DNA of 64,000 nt from an uncultured virus (IMG/VR IMGVR_UViG_3300046514_000361). Lineage: Duplodnaviria; Heunggongvirae; Uroviricota; Caudoviricetes. The first letter of the stretch is position 1; every line of letters starts with the position of its first letter. The notes under the pieces are model-generated. The model was given only the letters and a program-made list of their open reading frames with translations. It ran no database searches and had not been told where the DNA came from. A program made the position numbers and the translations under genes. Location of the stretch: the IMG/VR virus record IMGVR_UViG_3300046514_000361. The stretch is one strand, 5' to 3'. This document shows positions 1 to 9,077 of this stretch, piece by piece.

Positions 1-5
1 CAATC

Positions 6-296
6 ATGGGAAACGACAGCAACAACATCGACTATCACATGCTGATGGAAAACACGCCTGAGAGCAACGTTGGCTACATCGATTGTTTTGAGATGGTGCG
101 CCGCGTTGTATGCCCGATCAGTGAGGTCGGTCAGGGCGTCGATCACGCCAATCGCGGCAGGCTTTGCGCGCTCGTGTCTCTGCCGAGCGAGTGGTTGTTC
201 ATGTGGCGAAGGAGCCTGCGCGATTTCGAGGCCAGTCATCCCGGTTGCCATATCGAGGTGAAAAAAATTGTCTTTCTCGACACGGTCGAAGAATGA
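6..296 (+). CDS. hypothetical phage protein (LRDF..HPGCH.EV motif shared with 1005-1559)
   Basis: ORF track; first of a chain of ATGA-coupled small genes. Confidence 0.55.
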   Translation: MGNDSNNIDYHMLMENTPESNVGYIDCFEMVRRVVCPISEVGQGVDHANRGRLCALVSLPSEWLFMWRRSLRDFEASHPGCHIEVKKIVFLDTVEE

Positions 297-351
297 GCGA
301 GAACCCTGAAGCAAATGCCTTGATCCAGAGGACGTGGAGGACGGCGGAGGA

Positions 352-480
352 ATGAACAAGGATGAGGAGGAAAAACTGATCCGTGAACTACGGCGACAGA
401 TTCGATTCAACAGGATCATGGCCATCGCCATGGGCGTGTTTATGGCCGGAACGGCATTGATCACATGGTGGGGCAGATAA
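352..480 (+). CDS. 42-aa single-TM peptide, paralog of 8710-8847
   Basis: Hand translation MNKDEEEKLIRELRRQIRFNRIMAIAMGVFMAGTALITWWGR; upstream GGAGG; below the ORF-track cutoff. Confidence 0.6.
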   Translation: MNKDEEEKLIRELRRQIRFNRIMAIAMGVFMAGTALITWWGR

Positions 481-481
481 A

Positions 482-742
482 ATGATCGACGCCTCGCCGA
501 AACCTGAAGTCGGCTTTGCCATCCTGCACATGGGACGCGGGACATGCGTCGGCTGCAGCGAGCATCTGCGCAAGCTTGGCCTGATCGAGGTGATCGAGGA
601 TGTGCCGATGCCGGTGATGAACCTGCCGCCCGGCAGCATGGTCGTGCGGCACTATCGGCTCGCGCCCGGCGTGACGCTCGCCGAGTGCCAGCACGCCGTA
701 CGGCATCGCCATCGCGGGGCGCGACCGTGGGGGATGGAATGA
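482..742 (+). CDS. hypothetical protein
   Basis: ORF in coupled gene chain. Confidence 0.45.
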   Translation: MIDASPKPEVGFAILHMGRGTCVGCSEHLRKLGLIEVIEDVPMPVMNLPPGSMVVRHYRLAPGVTLAECQHAVRHRHRGARPWGME

Positions 743-1005
743 GCGACGACATCCCAATGCTGCCGCCGATTGGCGTGCCGTTCAAGCGCGGCGAGTTCGT
801 CCTGATCACATGCAATGGCCGCACGGTCGAGGGCATGGTGACGCTCGCGTCGCCGAACGGCCGGTCACTCATGCTCATGTTCGAAGCGATCCTCGACGGG
901 TACGCGGGCAAGATGCAGGTGTTCCAGCGCGACGACGGCACGTTCGTCGCGATCATCAACAGCGCGCCGGTCGAGATCAGGCGCAAGCACGAGGCGATGC
1001 ACTGA
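739..1005 (+). CDS. hypothetical protein
   Basis: ATG overlaps previous stop (ATGA); MSDDIPML... Confidence 0.55.
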   Translation: MSDDIPMLPPIGVPFKRGEFVLITCNGRTVEGMVTLASPNGRSLMLMFEAILDGYAGKMQVFQRDDGTFVAIINSAPVEIRRKHEAMH

Positions 1006-1559
1006 TGGCCGACGAGATCGAGGACAAGGTGATGCGCGCGGCGAAGCTCGCCGAGCCGGTCAAGGTGTTCACCGTCGCGCATGTTCCGCAGGGCTTGGCG
1101 CAGGCGTGGCTGCAGCATCTGCGCGACTTCGATGTCGCGCATCCCGGTTGCCATTTCGAGGTGCTGACGGAATCGCCGACGCTCTCGGCCGCCGAGATGA
1201 TCGAGATGACGAAGATCGAGCCGGACCTCACGTTCTCACAGATCATCGAGCGCACCAAGGCCGCGCCCGACGACAAGCCGGTCGTCCACATCCTGAACTA
1301 CGGGTTGCCGCTCTGCCGCTTCATGTACAAAGCGCCGGTCGATTGGCCGCGCAATCACCTGTGGGTCGGCTTCTATGAGCGGGATGATGCGAATTGCCCC
1401 AACTGCCTGAAGACGGCCGAAAGCATGCCGTGCCTCATCTGCGGCACCGAGGGATGCCGCTACCCGCCGGGCGGCCCGCCGCCGCCACCGGATTGCAGGC
1501 TGCGCCAGATCGCGCAGGAGATTGTCGCAGAGGAGACAGGCACCGATGCGACTGGCTGA
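1005..1559 (+). CDS. hypothetical protein with C-terminal Cys-rich (CxxC) region
   Basis: TGATG coupling; MADEIEDK...; CPNC, CLIC. Confidence 0.6.
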   Translation: MADEIEDKVMRAAKLAEPVKVFTVAHVPQGLAQAWLQHLRDFDVAHPGCHFEVLTESPTLSAAEMIEMTKIEPDLTFSQIIERTKAAPDDKPVVHILNYGLPLCRFMYKAPVDWPRNHLWVGFYERDDANCPNCLKTAESMPCLICGTEGCRYPPGGPPPPPDCRLRQIAQEIVAEETGTDATG

Positions 1560-2646
1560 CTTCATGCTCGCGGCGCGCGGCTCGCTCATGGACATGGGCG
1601 GGTTCGCCACCAAGCTGTCGCACCACATCGCGAAGGCGCAGCGGTTCGAGATCGCCGAAGACGTCGCGCGGGCGGCGGGTGACTTGGTCAACTCGCGGCC
1701 GACTGCGCTTGCCGCCGTGCTGCCGCTGTGCCGGTTGCCGTACCCCACCATGTGGCTCGAATGGCGCGGCGGGCTTGGCCCGGAGAATTTTCGTGGCGAG
1801 GAAGCTGCGCCGACACCGGCCCGCCAAGGCATGTTGATCGAGACGCCGCCCGATCCGGCGTTCGCCGGGCGCGTCGGCTTCATGACGGCCGCCTGGGTCC
1901 ACACGCACTACAAAGACCTTCCCGACGCGGTGAACTTCACGCCGATCTCGGTCTACTTCGACTGGCGCGAGGACGGCGACGTGCGCCGCGTGATCGAGGC
2001 CACGCACCGCGCCATCTTGAAAATCTATCGCGATGCGTCGTTCTATCGGCTGCTCGAAATCTACGTCGCGGCGCTGGAAATGCAGTGGTGTAGGATTTCA
2101 TCGCACGAAGCTGTCTCACACTTCTTCACCGGTCACAACACTTGGAAAAAATTCGCGAACAACGCGGAGGAGGTCGAGGCGATCCGCTACCTGGATCACC
2201 ACGCGCTGCCGGGCCTGTCGCCGCACGGCGCCGAGTTCGTGGCGATCTTCCTGGCGAAGGCAACGCCGGACGAGTTGAAGCACTTTATTCAGAACTGGCA
2301 GGCCGACATCCAGGGCGAGGGCACGTTCATCGAGTGCTTCCTGGCGATGCTCAATTCGAAAAATCCGGTGGTCGAGCAAGAGCCAGTCGATCTGACCAAG
2401 CTCAACCGGTCACGGCGCAAGAGTGGCAAGGCGGAATTCCTGTCGTACACGAAGACGCGGCTCGCCATGTCGCGCAGCCAGGGCCGCATCGCCGACGCAC
2501 GCGGGATCAGCCGCGAGGCCGCGCGGGCGCACCTCGTGCGCGGCCACTTCAAGATTCGCCGCACCGGCGTCTACTGGTGGTCACCGTTCCTGCGCGGCGA
2601 TGCAAAGAAGGGGGAGATTCAACGAAGCACCTACGAAGTCACATAG
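1546..2646 (+). CDS. conserved phage hypothetical protein with C-terminal RAHLVRGHF...WWSPFLRGD motif
   Basis: Long ORF with AGGAG SD; H-x-x-RGH motif common in phage/plasmid proteins. Confidence 0.7.
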   Translation: MRLADFMLAARGSLMDMGGFATKLSHHIAKAQRFEIAEDVARAAGDLVNSRPTALAAVLPLCRLPYPTMWLEWRGGLGPENFRGEEAAPTPARQGMLIETPPDPAFAGRVGFMTAAWVHTHYKDLPDAVNFTPISVYFDWREDGDVRRVIEATHRAILKIYRDASFYRLLEIYVAALEMQWCRISSHEAVSHFFTGHNTWKKFANNAEEVEAIRYLDHHALPGLSPHGAEFVAIFLAKATPDELKHFIQNWQADIQGEGTFIECFLAMLNSKNPVVEQEPVDLTKLNRSRRKSGKAEFLSYTKTRLAMSRSQGRIADARGISREAARAHLVRGHFKIRRTGVYWWSPFLRGDAKKGEIQRSTYEVT

Positions 2647-2658
2647 AGGAAACATACC

Positions 2659-3042
2659 ATGGCTGGGAAGCGGAGCACGACCAAGGCCGATGCAGAAGTC
2701 GGCAAGAGAGTCCGAACATTTCGCATGCAGAAGGGCCTATCGCAAACCGAGCTTGCGACCAAGATCGGTGTGTCGTTTCAGCAGATTCAGAAATACGAGA
2801 AGGGGACGAACCGCATTTCGTCGGGACGCCTTGAGGCCATCGCCGCCGCGCTCGGTCAGCCGGTGACGGTCCTGTTGCCGAGCATGGACCGCGTCAACGG
2901 CATCAGCGCCCAGGTGTTCACCGAGCCGAGCCGCGACGCGACACGCTTGCTTGAACTGTTCGGCAAAATCCGCGATGCGGCGACCAAAACGATGGTCCTT
3001 CGACTCGTGGGCGTGGTTGTGGAATCGGGGCGAGCGCGATGA
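2659..3042 (+). CDS. XRE-family (HTH_3) transcriptional regulator
   Basis: VGKRVRTFRMQKGLSQTELATKIGVSFQQIQKYEKGTNRIS, typical alphaproteobacterial XRE HTH. Confidence 0.9.
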   Translation: MAGKRSTTKADAEVGKRVRTFRMQKGLSQTELATKIGVSFQQIQKYEKGTNRISSGRLEAIAAALGQPVTVLLPSMDRVNGISAQVFTEPSRDATRLLELFGKIRDAATKTMVLRLVGVVVESGRAR

Positions 3043-3095
3043 TGGCCACGGCGGCGAACCGTGCGATGCTGCTGGCGAACGTTTAGGATACACTG

Positions 3096-3548
3096 ATGGC
3101 GATCCTGATCATCGGCACGAAGGAGAAGGCGGACATCACGGCCGCCATGGAGCGTGCCCGCAAGCGCCCGCTTCCGTGGGACGTCGGCCGCCGGATGGCG
3201 GTTGAAGATCGGCAGGTGGTCAAGCTCGCTGACCGCCGCCCAGGCGCGCCGAACCGGGACACGACGCGCCATCGACCAGAGCAAGTGCTGATCCCGGTCG
3301 GCTATCGCGCCATGCTCAGCTTCGAAGAGCAGCCCGCTGGCATCTTCATGCACCTGTCGGTGTCAGTCGAGCGCGATGATCCGAAATGGAATCCGAGCGT
3401 TCCGGCTTTCCAGATGATCGCCGAGGCGTTCGGCATCGACCCGAAAGGCGCGAACGTCGGCAGCGTCTGGCTTGAGGAATACGAGCCGGGCCGCCACGCG
3501 GTGAACATCATCGTGCTGGTCGAGCCGAAGAAGGAAGGCCATGCGTGA
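3096..3548 (+). CDS. hypothetical phage protein
   Basis: ORF track; HLSVSV motif. Confidence 0.6.
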   Translation: MAILIIGTKEKADITAAMERARKRPLPWDVGRRMAVEDRQVVKLADRRPGAPNRDTTRHRPEQVLIPVGYRAMLSFEEQPAGIFMHLSVSVERDDPKWNPSVPAFQMIAEAFGIDPKGANVGSVWLEEYEPGRHAVNIIVLVEPKKEGHA

Positions 3549-3804
3549 AGTCAGCGGGTACGGATTTTACCGGCTGCAACGCGGCCGTTGTCCGAGGTGC
3601 AACGGCGAAATGTTTCAGCCCGGCCCGCGCGGCGGCTCGGCGCAGAACGTCGAATGCGTCGGCTGCGGCGAACGCTACAACGTGACCATCGTCGGCAAGA
3701 GCCTGCTGTTCGCCCAGGCCATCGGTCATCGTGGCACGGGCAGCGACTGGACCGCCTACAAGGAGAAATTTTCGCCGCGTGCGCTGTTCGAGAAAGGACA
3801 ATGA
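3541..3804 (+). CDS. small zinc-ribbon protein
   Basis: CPRC...CVGC. Confidence 0.55.
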   Translation: MREVSGYGFYRLQRGRCPRCNGEMFQPGPRGGSAQNVECVGCGERYNVTIVGKSLLFAQAIGHRGTGSDWTAYKEKFSPRALFEKGQ

Positions 3805-4676
3805 CGAAGCCCGTTGTCCACATTCACTCGCACCGGGTCGCGACCAGCAAGTGCTTGTCGTGCGGGCGCGCACTCGACGGCGCGACTTCATGGCTGGGCA
3901 AATCTGGGCCACAGCCCGGTGACGCGTCCGTCTGTGTCTACTGCGGACACCTGATGATCTTCGGCGACGATCTGGCGTTTCGCGAGCCGAACGACGAAGA
4001 GATCGAGCAACTTGCTGGCGACAAGACAATGCTGCTGGCGCAGAAGTTCAGCGGTGAATATCGCGAGCACCGCGCCGACTGGCGCAACGTGCCGGTGCCG
4101 GATCGCATGAAGCATCTGCCGCGCGACCCGCGTGGCTTTCCGATCTTCGTGATGGCCTATCGCGATATGGACGGTCGCGCGCATTTCACTGTCAACGACG
4201 AAACGGAGCGCCGACGCCTGATCGCCCAGGACCGCTGCTCGATCTGCGGCGAGCGACTGCTGCGTGGCCGGTGGTTCATCGGTGGCGAAAAGTCGGCGTT
4301 CTCGGTCGAGCCGCGTGGTGCCTACATCGACCCGCCGATGCATACGGAATGCGCACATTACGCGCTGCGCGTCTGCCCGTATCTTGCCGCACCGAGCTAC
4401 GCCAAGCTGATCCACGGCGGCACGCTGCGGCCCAATGATCCGACGCCGGTGATCGACCAGACGGCGATGGATTCGCCATCGACGGCCGCTGAAGTGCGGC
4501 CAGAAATGTTCGTCGCAGTGCTGGCGCGCGGGCAACGATTCAAGCGGACGCTGGCGGGCGGCGTCATCTTCCCCAAGCGCCCCTACATCAAGGTCGAATA
4601 CTGGCAGCACGGCTGGCAGCTAGAACGCGAGGAAGGCGAGGCCCACTGCCGCAAGCTGGGAGTCAAGCCGGAATGA
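3801..4676 (+). CDS. Cys/His-rich hypothetical protein
   Basis: ATGA coupling; CLSCG, CVYCG, CSICG, PPMHTECAHYALRVCPYL. Confidence 0.65.
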   Translation: MTKPVVHIHSHRVATSKCLSCGRALDGATSWLGKSGPQPGDASVCVYCGHLMIFGDDLAFREPNDEEIEQLAGDKTMLLAQKFSGEYREHRADWRNVPVPDRMKHLPRDPRGFPIFVMAYRDMDGRAHFTVNDETERRRLIAQDRCSICGERLLRGRWFIGGEKSAFSVEPRGAYIDPPMHTECAHYALRVCPYLAAPSYAKLIHGGTLRPNDPTPVIDQTAMDSPSTAAEVRPEMFVAVLARGQRFKRTLAGGVIFPKRPYIKVEYWQHGWQLEREEGEAHCRKLGVKPE

Positions 4677-4900
4677 CCGACGCGCTGCCGATGTGGACCG
4701 TGTACGCGCACCCGCTGGATTACCCAGACAGCTTCGTGGCGCGGCGGTTCCTGGTGGATGCGAATGGGTCGGTATCGACCGATGACATCATGCGGGAGGA
4801 TGCGCTCGACGTGCTGCGTGCGCGGCTGATGCGGCTGGGGTTAACGTGCATCACGCGCAGCCCGCAGGACGAGCCGCAGATCGTGGAGACGTGGCTGTGA
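4673..4900 (+). CDS. conserved small phage protein
   Basis: WTVYAHPLDYPDSFVARRF...IVETWL; coupled. Confidence 0.6.
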   Translation: MTDALPMWTVYAHPLDYPDSFVARRFLVDANGSVSTDDIMREDALDVLRARLMRLGLTCITRSPQDEPQIVETWL

Positions 4901-5103
4901 TCACGGCGCGAGAGTGTGAAAAGTTCTGGCCAGACTTGCCCTGGCGCGAGCCGGTCGTGGTGACGTCGTTTGATCGACCGAAAGAAGCCCGCTATGCATG
5001 CCGGTACTGCATCGCCATGAAGGGATTGCGCGGCGATCAGGTGCCTGATCTTCCCCGCGACCGCGCGGCCGTAATCGCGCACATCGAGGCTGAGCACGAA
5101 TGA
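4897..5103 (+). CDS. hypothetical protein (GTG start, CRYC)
   Basis: GTGA overlap with previous stop. Confidence 0.5.
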   Translation: MITARECEKFWPDLPWREPVVVTSFDRPKEARYACRYCIAMKGLRGDQVPDLPRDRAAVIAHIEAEHE

Positions 5104-5348
5104 GCGACGACGAAGTAGAACCGGTGCCGGTCGAACGCGAACCAACCGAGCGGTTGTTCGGTAAATTCCACGCGGCTATCCGCGAGCACTGCGACGAACG
5201 ACCGAAGGCGCGTGCGACAGCAATGGAGGTGCTCAACGCGCTCGCGATGGCGACCGCGCTCGTGCTCGTTGGTTGCGGCAACGATCCAGACGTGCGCGAC
5301 TTTTTCGACTGTGCCGTGGATGACAACGTCATCGTGAATTCGGATTAG
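5100..5348 (+). CDS. hypothetical protein
   Basis: ATGA coupling. Confidence 0.5.
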   Translation: MSDDEVEPVPVEREPTERLFGKFHAAIREHCDERPKARATAMEVLNALAMATALVLVGCGNDPDVRDFFDCAVDDNVIVNSD

Positions 5349-5351
5349 GCG

Positions 5352-6002
5352 ATGAGCGAAGCACCTCGCAAATCGCAGTGGGGACCGGGTCCGTGGCAGG
5401 ACGAACCGAACAGGCTCGACTGGCGCGACGAGGCGACGGGCCTCGCCTGCGCGATCCGCCGTAATACGGACATCACCGGATCGCTGTGCGGCTACGTCGG
5501 CGTGCCGCCCGGCCACGCGCTGCACGGCTGGGGCTATGACGACGACGTGCCCGTGCGCCCGGAATTCGAGAAGTTGGGCAAGAACGACTACGGTGCCGTC
5601 GATCTTTTCATTTATGCGTTGAGCGGCGCGCACGAGCACGGGACCATTCCGCTGGGCATTGCGCTCAAGGCGCACGGCGGCGTCAATTTTTCGGGTGGGC
5701 TGCGCGATGACACGAGCGGGCGATGGTGGTTCGGTTTCGACTGCGGCCACGCTGGCGACTTCTCACCGGGACTGCACGCTCTGCTGAAACGGATGCACAT
5801 CAAGGACAGCACGACACGCGCCTTCGCCGAACACGACAAGCATGTCGGCCTCGGTGCGCCGACGCCGTGGGGTGATCCGGTCACCTATCGCACCGTCGAG
5901 TACGTCAAGGGTGAATGCACGGCGCTGGCGCTGCAGCTTGCCGAGCTTGAGAAATTCGTGATCGCGCCGCCGCTCAATCTAGTGCGGGAGAAGAAGCCAT
6001 GA
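5352..6002 (+). CDS. conserved phage hypothetical protein
   Basis: LCGYVGVP...HGG...WWFGFDCGHAGD motif widespread in phages. Confidence 0.75.
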   Translation: MSEAPRKSQWGPGPWQDEPNRLDWRDEATGLACAIRRNTDITGSLCGYVGVPPGHALHGWGYDDDVPVRPEFEKLGKNDYGAVDLFIYALSGAHEHGTIPLGIALKAHGGVNFSGGLRDDTSGRWWFGFDCGHAGDFSPGLHALLKRMHIKDSTTRAFAEHDKHVGLGAPTPWGDPVTYRTVEYVKGECTALALQLAELEKFVIAPPLNLVREKKP

Positions 6003-6334
6003 AGGTCTATCGCGGCGTGCGAGACATCGACCGGTGTGCCAGCGTCCTCGTGCAGCGCGACGGCCGCCGCGCGACGCCGCTGCGCATGCGGCGCGATCTG
6101 GACAACCATTCTCCCACCGGATTGGAGTGGGGCTATCCCGGCAGCGGCCCGGCGCAACTGGCGTTGGCGCTTCTGGCCGACGCGCTCAGCGATGACGAGA
6201 CGGCCGTGCATCTCCACCAGCGGTTCAAGTGGGCCGTCGTTGCCAAGCTCCCGCAGGAGCGTGGCTGGCAGATGACCGAGGACGAGGTGCGCGCCCACGC
6301 GGCACGGCTGATGGCCGAGGAGCAAAGCGCATGA
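5999..6334 (+). CDS. DUF6166-like protein
   Basis: NHSPTGLEWGYPGSGPAQLALALLAD signature. Confidence 0.75.
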   Translation: MKVYRGVRDIDRCASVLVQRDGRRATPLRMRRDLDNHSPTGLEWGYPGSGPAQLALALLADALSDDETAVHLHQRFKWAVVAKLPQERGWQMTEDEVRAHAARLMAEEQSA

Positions 6335-6558
6335 CGATCTACGCCGGATGGTGCGACGGCGGCCCGCTCGCCGGGCAACAGCTTGCGCATGATGCAAGCC
6401 GCTATCCGGTTGCGGTGCGCGAGCCAATTCCGCCCGAGATTTTGGCACTGCTGGCCCATGCAGAGGCGCACGGCGTTGCGCTCGACATGGCGTCCGAATA
6501 TCGGGTGGTCGTGGGCGAGTACGTTTGGGACGAAGGTGCATGGAGATGGCGCGGATGA
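6331..6558 (+). CDS. hypothetical protein
   Basis: ATGA coupling; GGPLAG motif. Confidence 0.5.
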   Translation: MTIYAGWCDGGPLAGQQLAHDASRYPVAVREPIPPEILALLAHAEAHGVALDMASEYRVVVGEYVWDEGAWRWRG

Positions 6559-6648
6559 AACGACTATGGAAAGCGATATGCGGGATAATTTGGTGGGCAC
6601 GGCAACTTCACCGATACGTTTAGCCCGCGCCGCAATGGAGGAGAAGCC

Positions 6649-6999
6649 ATGGGTGAAGCAAAGCAGAAACGCGAACGGATTGGCGCGGCGGGGTTCGAAC
6701 ATCTCGTCACCGAGATCACCAAGAAGTTGACCGACGAGGGTCTGCTGATCGCAGCGGGCTGGGAAGGCTTCCGCAGGAGCGCCGTTCCGGCCGACGCAGC
6801 GCAGATTCAGATCGATGAGATGCGGCTCGCGTTCTTCGCTGGCGCGGATCACCTGTTCGTCGCGATGCTGAAATTCTTGGAGGAAGGCGAAGAGCCGACC
6901 GCGAAAGACCTTAAGCGCATGGATTTGATCCACGACGAGCTTGAGCGATTTCGCAACAACGAACTGCTCAAGCGGATGCCGACGAAAGGCCAAGGATGA
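6649..6999 (+). CDS. hypothetical phage protein
   Basis: GGAGGAG SD; MGEAKQKR start; EMRLAFFAGA motif. Confidence 0.65.
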   Translation: MGEAKQKRERIGAAGFEHLVTEITKKLTDEGLLIAAGWEGFRRSAVPADAAQIQIDEMRLAFFAGADHLFVAMLKFLEEGEEPTAKDLKRMDLIHDELERFRNNELLKRMPTKGQG

Positions 7000-7150
7000 C
7001 GAGGCTTGAAAAACTTGTTCGTGAGTGGCGCGACGCACAGAAGGCGATTGATCGGCTGACGGTGCAGGAGCGTCGGGAAAACCGCGAGCCTCTCGACCGG
7101 CTGGTTGCTGCGCACAACGCCTTGGCCAAATACGCCGATGAGGAACTGGG

Positions 7151-7519
7151 ATGAGGAACGACAAGACGCCGCCGGGATTTATCCCGCTCACGCCCGAACT
7201 GATGGAGCAGATTTCGGCCTCGCTGAGGGCGCGGTTCGCCGACATCAAGGCACGCTACCCGGCGCTGGTCGAGGCGTGCCCCTATGAGATGAAGCTCGCC
7301 GTGACCGCCTGGGTGATGCGCGCGATTGTCGAGCACGCGCAGGAGGGCGGAACGTTCCGCTATCTGATCTATGAGCGGCTTGGCTTCAATCCGGACGCCT
7401 ACGTGCCGCTCTACGATGCCGGGGGCATGACGATCTCGAACGAATTCGATTTGACGTCCTCCCGCCCGGATCAGCCAGCAAACAGCAAATTCAATCCTGG
7501 CGATGAAGAAGCCTCATGA
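7151..7519 (+). CDS. hypothetical phage protein
   Basis: GGTFRYLIYERLGFNPDAY...GGMTISNEF motif. Confidence 0.6.
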   Translation: MRNDKTPPGFIPLTPELMEQISASLRARFADIKARYPALVEACPYEMKLAVTAWVMRAIVEHAQEGGTFRYLIYERLGFNPDAYVPLYDAGGMTISNEFDLTSSRPDQPANSKFNPGDEEAS

Positions 7520-8007
7520 CGTCCGCCACCTACATCATCGGTTCTGACGGCAAGTGGATCACATGCTTGCGCTGCGGAATGACGTCGCACAATTCGTCCG
7601 ACGTGCGCAATCGCTACTGCGGCAACTGCCATCTCTTCCATATCGATCCCGGCCCGCTGGTCGGCTGCGCATTGTCGATCTATCGGCCGGGCCAACCCGA
7701 ACCGGAGATCGTCAACGTCCGCATGGCGAAGCGGCCGTCGCTGGACGAACTGCACGCGATCATCGATCCGTACCTTGAGATCGACGGCGAGAAGCGAAAC
7801 CTTGAGCACGTCAACGTGCTGTTCAACGGCACGCCGCACGACATGTTCGTGGACGAATGTGGCGTGCTCGATGAATTGCCGCGCAACGAGGCAGCGACCG
7901 CGATCTACCGGGCCAACTGGCTGGACATGCATCCAGACGACGATCCTGAATCGCTGCCGCACATCGCAGGCGTGGCGCTCGTGTTCTGGCGGAAGGTGTG
8001 GTCATGA
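7516..8007 (+). CDS. zinc-ribbon + DUF3846-like protein
   Basis: CLRC/CGNC; MFVDECG..LPRNEAAT...IAGVALVF resembles DUF3846. Confidence 0.55.
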   Translation: MTSATYIIGSDGKWITCLRCGMTSHNSSDVRNRYCGNCHLFHIDPGPLVGCALSIYRPGQPEPEIVNVRMAKRPSLDELHAIIDPYLEIDGEKRNLEHVNVLFNGTPHDMFVDECGVLDELPRNEAATAIYRANWLDMHPDDDPESLPHIAGVALVFWRKVWS

Positions 8008-8216
8008 CGATGCGCTTTGAAATCAAGCCGCACTCTGTGCTGCCGGGCGCGGAGATGATCGAGGTCTACAGCGACCAGCAATTCATTGCCGCGATCTATC
8101 CAGGCGCGAACGGTGACAGCCTGCGCGTCATCAGCAAATATCTGGCGGCGGCCACGCTCGATCAAGCGCCACCGCCTGCCGTAGATATTCTGCTCGACCT
8201 GTCGAGTCCGAAATGA
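8004..8216 (+). CDS. hypothetical protein
   Basis: Coupled ORF. Confidence 0.45.
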   Translation: MTMRFEIKPHSVLPGAEMIEVYSDQQFIAAIYPGANGDSLRVISKYLAAATLDQAPPPAVDILLDLSSPK

Positions 8217-8713
8217 GCGAGAAAGACGCCCATGCCTTGATCGAGCACGCCTCGCGCTTCGCCGAGCATGCGATCAAGAAATACGGCGTGGTCACACCGA
8301 TCTATCACATGATCACGGCGGACTGTCAGAACATCGTCGCACCCTCTCCCGGCAGAACCAAAGACGAAGCCGTCGCGATGATGCGGGCGCTGTTCGAACT
8401 GCGCGACGTCGTTCGCTACGTCTATCTCGATGAGGCGTGGATACTTGATCGGATCAACAGCGGCCCAGACGCGATCCCACCGGGCGAGCTTGAACGACTC
8501 AAACGCGAGGGTGTCTCAAAACATCCTGATCGCGTTGAGGTCGTGATGTTCTCCTGCGAGGATCGCGATGCCGGTCAGATCATGGCACTTCGCGAGATCA
8601 TCAGGAACGGGAGCGGCAAGCCACGCCTCGGCCCGCTGCGATATACGCCCCGCAGCGGCTATACAGAGGGCCGCATGGTCGGACTGCTGCCGGTGCGAGG
8701 AACGCGGCAATGA
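8213..8713 (+). CDS. hypothetical phage protein
   Basis: EAW...PDRVEVVM motif; coupled. Confidence 0.6.
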   Translation: MSEKDAHALIEHASRFAEHAIKKYGVVTPIYHMITADCQNIVAPSPGRTKDEAVAMMRALFELRDVVRYVYLDEAWILDRINSGPDAIPPGELERLKREGVSKHPDRVEVVMFSCEDRDAGQIMALREIIRNGSGKPRLGPLRYTPRSGYTEGRMVGLLPVRGTRQ

Positions 8714-8847
8714 ACAAAGACGACATTGACCGGGAAGATCGCTTGGTGCGCGAGTTGAGCCGTCAGGTGATGTTCAATCGGATCGTCGGCATCCTCATGG
8801 GACTGGCGATGGCCGGGTTGGCATTGGCGCACTTGTTGTCACGATGA
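8710..8847 (+). CDS. 45-aa single-TM peptide, paralog of 352-480
   Basis: MNKDDIDREDRLVRELSRQVMFNRIVGILMGLAMAGLALAHLLSR; ATGA-coupled on both sides. Confidence 0.6.
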   Translation: MNKDDIDREDRLVRELSRQVMFNRIVGILMGLAMAGLALAHLLSR

Positions 8848-8990
8848 TCCCGCCGCCGCACTCCGCGCGCGAGCACTTGCTGTTGGAGCAGATCGACCGG
8901 CTACGCGACGGCATGTGGCTCGTCGCGTTCGTCGCGTTCGTCTGCGGTGTGCTCGCGACGCTATTGGCGTGCGCTGTGATTGCGATGTGA
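8844..8990 (+). CDS. 48-aa C-terminal TM peptide
   Basis: Hand translation; ATGA overlap; hydrophobic C-terminus. Confidence 0.5.
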   Translation: MIPPPHSAREHLLLEQIDRLRDGMWLVAFVAFVCGVLATLLACAVIAM

Positions 8991-9077
8991 AATGTTAGAG
9001 AGGGCAACGACAAGCCATGCTAAAGGAGCGACGCGTGGTGGTGACGTTCTCAACCCTCACAAAAGGAAACCAACAAA

